29,956 nucleotides of DNA, taken from Abditibacteriaceae bacterium (GTDB lineage Bacteria; Armatimonadota; Abditibacteriia; Abditibacteriales; Abditibacteriaceae). The notes beneath the pieces were generated by a model. The model searched no databases. It was not told the DNA's origin and saw only the letters and a list, made by a program, of their open reading frames with translations. Below are positions 26,062 to 29,956 of the stretch, one piece after another; within the stretch, counting starts at the first letter, position 1, and each line of letters begins with the position of its first letter. The stretch is from contig JANPJS010000215.1 of NCBI GenBank assembly GCA_031425655.1, positions 1 to 29,956 of the forward strand, in the 5' to 3' direction. Both the position numbers and the translations under genes were made by a program.

Positions 26062-26090
26062 TTGACACACAGGGCAGGTTTGAGTAGAAT
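26062..26090 (+). promoter_or_regulatory. Sigma70 promoter for the Thr-Tyr-Thr-rpmG-Trp unit
   Basis: TTGACA-17 nt-TAGAAT. Confidence 0.8.
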
Positions 26091-26097
26091 GGGTTGA

Positions 26098-26123
26098 GCG
26101 CGAGGACGTTCGTCGCGCTTTTT
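26098..26123 (+). terminator. Putative intrinsic terminator of the Pro-Gly-Arg transcript
   Basis: agcgcga-ggacgttcg-tcgcgct followed by a T tract. Confidence 0.5.
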
Positions 26124-26165
26124 TGTTGCCTGTGAATCGGTGTTCGGAACAAAAAATAGGTATTA

Positions 26166-26237
26166 GCCGGCGTAGCTCAGCGGTAGAGCAGCGGTTTTGT
26201 AAACCGCCGGTCGGGGGTTCGACTCCCTTCGCCGGCT
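26166..26237 (+). tRNA. tRNA-Thr(TGT)
   Basis: GCCGGCG/CGCCGGC acceptor stem, anticodon arm GCGGT-TTTGTAA-ACCGC. Confidence 0.95.
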
Positions 26238-26290
26238 TCAACGAAGTGAAGCCTAAAAAGCTGTAGCTTCGATGAACCTTTACAACTTAT

Positions 26291-26374
26291 GCGGGGGTGG
26301 CCGAGCGGTCAATGGCAACAGACTGTAAATCTGTCGGGCTTCGCCCTACGGGGGTTCAAATCCCTCTCCCCGCA
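26291..26374 (+). tRNA. tRNA-Tyr(GTA)
   Basis: Anticodon arm ACAGA-CTGTAAA-TCTGT and a long variable arm GGGC-TTC-GCCC. Confidence 0.95.
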
Positions 26375-26458
26375 CTTCAGAATTAAGAGTTTTGAATGCA
26401 GAATTTAGAAATGAAATGCTTTTCTAAATTCTGCATTTAAAATTCTTAATTCACTGAA
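26375..26458. repeat. AT-rich heptamer-array palindrome (GAATTWA-like units)
   Basis: gaattaagagttttgaatgcagaatttagaaa (26380-26411) matches the reverse complement of 26421-26452 at 30/32. It fills the whole Tyr-Thr spacer. Confidence 0.93.
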
Positions 26459-26530
26459 GCCTCTGTAGCTCAGTGGTAGAGCGCCTCCTTGGTAAGGATG
26501 AGGTCGCGGGTCCGATTCCCGCCAGAGGCT
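26459..26530 (+). tRNA. tRNA-Thr(GGT)
   Basis: GCCTCTG/CAGAGGC acceptor stem, anticodon loop TTGGTAA, atypical T loop TCCGATT. Confidence 0.9.
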
Positions 26531-26576
26531 GTGTCGAATGTTACGTGCGCGTCGCGCATTGAGGATCAGGATTTAA

Positions 26577-26738
26577 ATGGCGAATAAGAATCAAACCAAT
26601 TTGTCGCTGGCGTGCAGCGATTGCAAAGAGCGCAACTATCAGACGTCGAAGAACAAGAAAAACGTCAAAGAGCGCTTGCGTCTCAAGAAGTTTTGCCCTC
26701 GTTGCCGCGCACACACCGAACACGCGGAAACGCGCTAA
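26577..26738 (+). CDS. rpmG: 50S ribosomal protein L33 (Zn-binding C+ type)
   Basis: Not in the ORF track (53 aa): [53 protein letters not shown], in the canonical position before tRNA-Trp/secE. Confidence 0.95.
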   Translation: MANKNQTNLSLACSDCKERNYQTSKNKKNVKERLRLKKFCPRCRAHTEHAETR

Positions 26739-26740
26739 CA

Positions 26741-26816
26741 GCAGTTTTGAATTATAAGTTTTGAGTTTTGAGTTTCCAAATTAACTCAAAACTCAAAATT
26801 TACAACTCAAAACTGC
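26741..26816. repeat. Heptamer-array palindrome (AGTTTTG / CAAAACT units)
   Basis: 26741-26774 matches the reverse complement of 26783-26816 at 31/34. It starts 2 nt after the rpmG stop and ends 5 nt before tRNA-Trp. Confidence 0.95.
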
Positions 26817-26821
26817 CGTTT

Positions 26822-26894
26822 AGGAGAGTAGCTCAATTGGCAGAGCACCGGTCTCCAAAACCGGGGGTTGCGGGTTCGATTCCTGTCTCTCCTG
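26822..26894 (+). tRNA. tRNA-Trp(CCA)
   Basis: AGGAGAG/CTCTCCT acceptor stem, anticodon arm CCGGT-CTCCAAA-ACCGG. Confidence 0.95.
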
Positions 26895-27109
26895 TGAGCG
26901 AACTATCTTTCGAGCCGCTCGGCGGTTCCCGATTGTAAGTTCATGCTGCGAAAGGTTTCGCGGCGCATTTTTAAAATCGAAGTGGCGCAAAGCGTTAACT
27001 TCGCGGACAATGTCCGAATTTCCTTTTGACTCGTGGGAGAGGCACGCAGCGACGACAAAGCGGCAGGAGTTTGAAAAATCTGACGCTTTGACGGGCGCTT
27101 ACGCATAAC

Positions 27110-27436
27110 ATGGCCATCGTTAAGACCACTGCATCCGGCGGCAATTTACCGGAGAAGAAAATCACACCCAGCGCAACGACTGCTAAAACCGCGAGCCGCA
27201 CCGGCGGCGTGGCTGTCAGGCAAGGCGTCAAGCCAGCCGATTCCAAGACATTTCTCAACGATACCGTTGCGGAGTTGCGGCGTGTCGTGTGGCCAACGCG
27301 CGATGAAGTGCGCGCAGGCGTCATCGTCACAATTGGGCTGCTGGTGTTTTTCTCTCTCTACATCTACGGAATTGACCAAGCCGTCGGCAAGCTCTTCATT
27401 TTGCTGGGCCTCTACCCTGAACTGTCGGGAAATTAA
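27110..27436 (+). CDS. secE: Preprotein translocase subunit SecE
   Basis: 'FLNDTVAELRRVVWPTRDE' followed by a single TM, located between tRNA-Trp and nusG. Confidence 0.92.
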   Translation: MAIVKTTASGGNLPEKKITPSATTAKTASRTGGVAVRQGVKPADSKTFLNDTVAELRRVVWPTRDEVRAGVIVTIGLLVFFSLYIYGIDQAVGKLFILLGLYPELSGN

Positions 27437-27549
27437 GACGAAGCCGCGTCGCAAGACGGCGGCTCGTGTGTTGTCGCGTGCCGGATTTTTCGGGTGCGTG
27501 GCCGGTTACGTAGGACACCCGAAGCAATTCGGGCAAGCAGAGGTGAGCC

Positions 27550-28086
27550 ATGCCAAAACAGTGGTATGCCGTGCATACCTATGCCGGCCAAGAAGGCAAG
27601 ATCAAGTCGAATATCGAGCGTCGCATCGAGAAAACGGGCTTGGATTCCAAAGTCGCGCGCGTTTTAGTGCCGACCGAGACCGAAGAGCGTGTCCGCAACG
27701 GTAAGCGCGTCAAGGTGGAGAAAAAAATCTTCCCCGGCTATGTGCTGATCGAGATGGAAATGGACGACGAAACGTGGCATTTCGTGCGCGAAACCGTCGG
27801 TGTGACCGGCTTTCTCGGCCAAGTCACGGGAACGGCGACCAAGCCGCAGCCGCTTCAGCCCGACGAAGTGCGGACGCTATTGGGTGATCGCGGCGAAGTC
27901 GTTCCGCCTTCGCGCATTTTCCACAAAGGTGAGCGCGTTAACGTGGTCGGCGGGCCGTTTGCCGGCAACGAAGGCCGCATCGAAGACATTCACGCCAAAA
28001 CTGAAAAGCTCACGGTGATGATTCCGATTTTCGGACGCGAAACCAAAGTGGACTTGGATTTCTCGCACATCGAGCGCATTAGCTAA
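27550..28086 (+). CDS. nusG: Transcription termination/antitermination factor NusG
   Basis: 'WYAVHTYAGQE', 'KKIFPGYVLIEM', KOW 'GGPFAGNEG', 'IFGRET'. Confidence 0.97.
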   Translation: MPKQWYAVHTYAGQEGKIKSNIERRIEKTGLDSKVARVLVPTETEERVRNGKRVKVEKKIFPGYVLIEMEMDDETWHFVRETVGVTGFLGQVTGTATKPQPLQPDEVRTLLGDRGEVVPPSRIFHKGERVNVVGGPFAGNEGRIEDIHAKTEKLTVMIPIFGRETKVDLDFSHIERIS

Positions 28087-28093
28087 TTAAAAA

Positions 28094-28126
28094 GTGGGAG
28101 GCGGGCTACAACCTGCCGGTGACCAC
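28094..28126 (+). promoter_or_regulatory. Probable L1-binding autoregulatory leader of rplK-rplA
   Basis: GTGG-GAG-GCGGG-loop-CCTGCC-GGTGA-CCAC stem with a purine-rich internal loop just before the rplK SD, matching the usual L1 target architecture. Confidence 0.7.
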
Positions 28127-28141
28127 ACAAAGGAACAGACA

Positions 28142-28567
<426 letters not shown>

Positions 28568-28577
28568 AGGAGCGACG

Positions 28578-29270
28578 ATGGCAAGCAAAAATGGAAAGCG
28601 TTATCGCGCTTTAGCCGAAAAAATTGATTCCACCAAACTGTATACAATGGGCGAAGCGCTGCAACTGGTGAAAGAAACATCCAGCGCGAAGTTCGACGAA
28701 ACCGTTGACGTGACGGTTTTGCTGGGCATTGACGCTAAAAAAGGCGATCAGCAGGTGCGCGGCACCATCACGCTGCCGCACGGAACGGGCAAAACGCCGC
28801 GCGTTGTGGCCGTTGCCAGAGGCGAGCAGGCGACTGCCGCCGAAGCCGCCGGAGCCGACGCTGTCGGCGCCGAAGAACTGATCGCGCAGCTTGAAAAAGA
28901 CGAAGTCGAGTTCGATGTGCTGGTGGCTACGCCCGATATGATGCGTTTAATTTCGCGTCTGGGCAAGAAGCTCGGCCCGCGCATGCCCAACGCCAAAAGC
29001 GGAACGGTCGGCGCCGATTTGGGCCGCATCGTCAGCGACCGCAAAAAGGGCCAAATCGAATATCGCAACGAGCCGAAAGCCGCAGTTGTGCATTCGATTA
29101 TCGGCAAGTCGAGCTTTGAAGCCGACGCGCTCGAAGCCAACGCCACCGCGCTCATTGACGCGTTGCGTCGTGCCAAGCCGTCGTCGGCCAAAGGCACTTA
29201 TTTCAGAGCAATCACGGTGTCCTCGACGATGGGGCCGGGCGTGAAAGTAGACCCAAGCACCGTCCGCTAA
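28578..29270 (+). CDS. rplA: 50S ribosomal protein L1
   Basis: 'KFDETVD', 'VRGTITLPHGTGK', 'SSTMGPGVK'. Confidence 0.98.
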   Translation: MASKNGKRYRALAEKIDSTKLYTMGEALQLVKETSSAKFDETVDVTVLLGIDAKKGDQQVRGTITLPHGTGKTPRVVAVARGEQATAAEAAGADAVGAEELIAQLEKDEVEFDVLVATPDMMRLISRLGKKLGPRMPNAKSGTVGADLGRIVSDRKKGQIEYRNEPKAAVVHSIIGKSSFEADALEANATALIDALRRAKPSSAKGTYFRAITVSSTMGPGVKVDPSTVR

Positions 29271-29294
29271 CGCGGCCACGAGGAGGAAATTCCA

Positions 29295-29822
29295 ATGGTT
29301 GAAAAGCACTATAAGGACAAAGCCGCTCTCGTCGCCGAGTTGCACGAGAAGCTGCAAAGCGCGTCCAGCGTGGTCGTCACCGAATATCGCGGCCTCAAAG
29401 CCGGCGACATGGTCAAGCTGCGTAACGCTTTGCGTGGCGCGCAAATCGAAGTCAAGGTTGTCAAGAACAGCCTGTTGCGTCGCGCCGCTGAAGGCACGCC
29501 GAGCGAAGCGCTCGTGACGGAATTGAGCGGCCCGATTGCTGTGGCGATTGGTTTTGGCGAACCCGCCGAAGCCGCCAAAGCTCTCAGCGACGGAGCCAAA
29601 GGCTTCGAGAAATTTAATGTAACTAAGGGCCTTGTCGAAAAGATGTTGGTGACCGACGAACAATTGGTCGCCATCGGCAAACTGCCCGGAAAAGACGCAA
29701 TGCGAGCGCAGGTCGTCGGAGCCTTACAAGGCCCGTTGGCCGGACTCGTGTTCACGTTGCAGGGCGTTCTTACTGCCTTTGCCGGCACCCTGCAAGCGAA
29801 AATCGAAAAAGAAAGCGCTTAA
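29295..29822 (+). CDS. rplJ: 50S ribosomal protein L10
   Basis: 'EYRGL', 'KVVKNSLLRRA', 'LSGPIA', 'KLPGK'; SD AGGAGG. Confidence 0.96.
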   Translation: MVEKHYKDKAALVAELHEKLQSASSVVVTEYRGLKAGDMVKLRNALRGAQIEVKVVKNSLLRRAAEGTPSEALVTELSGPIAVAIGFGEPAEAAKALSDGAKGFEKFNVTKGLVEKMLVTDEQLVAIGKLPGKDAMRAQVVGALQGPLAGLVFTLQGVLTAFAGTLQAKIEKESA

Positions 29823-29836
29823 TCATGGTCAGCGGC

Positions 29837-29902
29837 GAGTTTTGAGTTTTGTGGTTTTTTGTTTGTATTGTGTTCCAAATACAAAAACAAAAAACAAACA
29901 TC
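29837..29902. repeat. Degenerate GAGTTTT-type array palindrome
   Basis: gagttttgagttttgtggttttttgtttgtattg ... caaatacaaaaacaaaaaacaaacatc. The first units match the element at 26741. Confidence 0.6.
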
Positions 29903-29956
29903 ATATATATCGGGGGTCCCCGCGCCCAAGGGGAAGACGCAACAGGGGCGGGGGGC

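Noticed and set aside
26011..26241. Minus-strand ORFs over the tRNA cluster, and long antisense ORFs over real genes (e.g. 5647-6402, 28947-29663)
   Set aside because: These are shadow ORFs expected in GC-rich DNA opposite well-supported genes.
25705..26894. Prophage or integrative element at the tRNA genes
   Set aside because: No integrase and no duplicated tRNA 3' end are present in the window.

Overview
GC-rich bacterial chromosomal window; the lineage cannot be determined from this sequence alone. Left to right it holds a three-gene surface/membrane module (TPR+FG-GAP+ASPIC/UnbV protein, CRTAC1/UnbV protein, RnfD/UnbU-like membrane protein), an apparently lower-GC terC/yqhA/hlyC-corC block, hemD, a GT-C mannosyltransferase, an orphan peptide ABC permease, murJ, fumC, a baeRF3-like release-factor homologue, lutABC, purF-methyltransferase-purM, seven tRNAs and rpmG-secE-nusG-rplK-rplA-rplJ. 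The striking feature is the density and variety of palindromic inserts. (i) A GxxExxY (PD-(D/E)XK-like) gene bracketed by 51-bp near-perfect inverted repeats sits exactly between lutA and lutB, with a gene-less relative about 3.6 kb away. (ii) Seven hairpins have arms made of tandem 7- or 8-nt units, in several different unit sequences, wedged between stop codons/tRNA ends and the next start. (iii) Two GTCATTC-type palindromes are each nested inside a second inverted-repeat element, one flanked by 8-bp direct repeats. (iv) A CCCTCCCC/GGGGAGGG palindrome is inserted in frame in lutC. Together they suggest a transposase-free system of self-folding mini-elements carrying small nuclease-like passengers. 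That interpretation is inference; the repeats themselves are directly visible.
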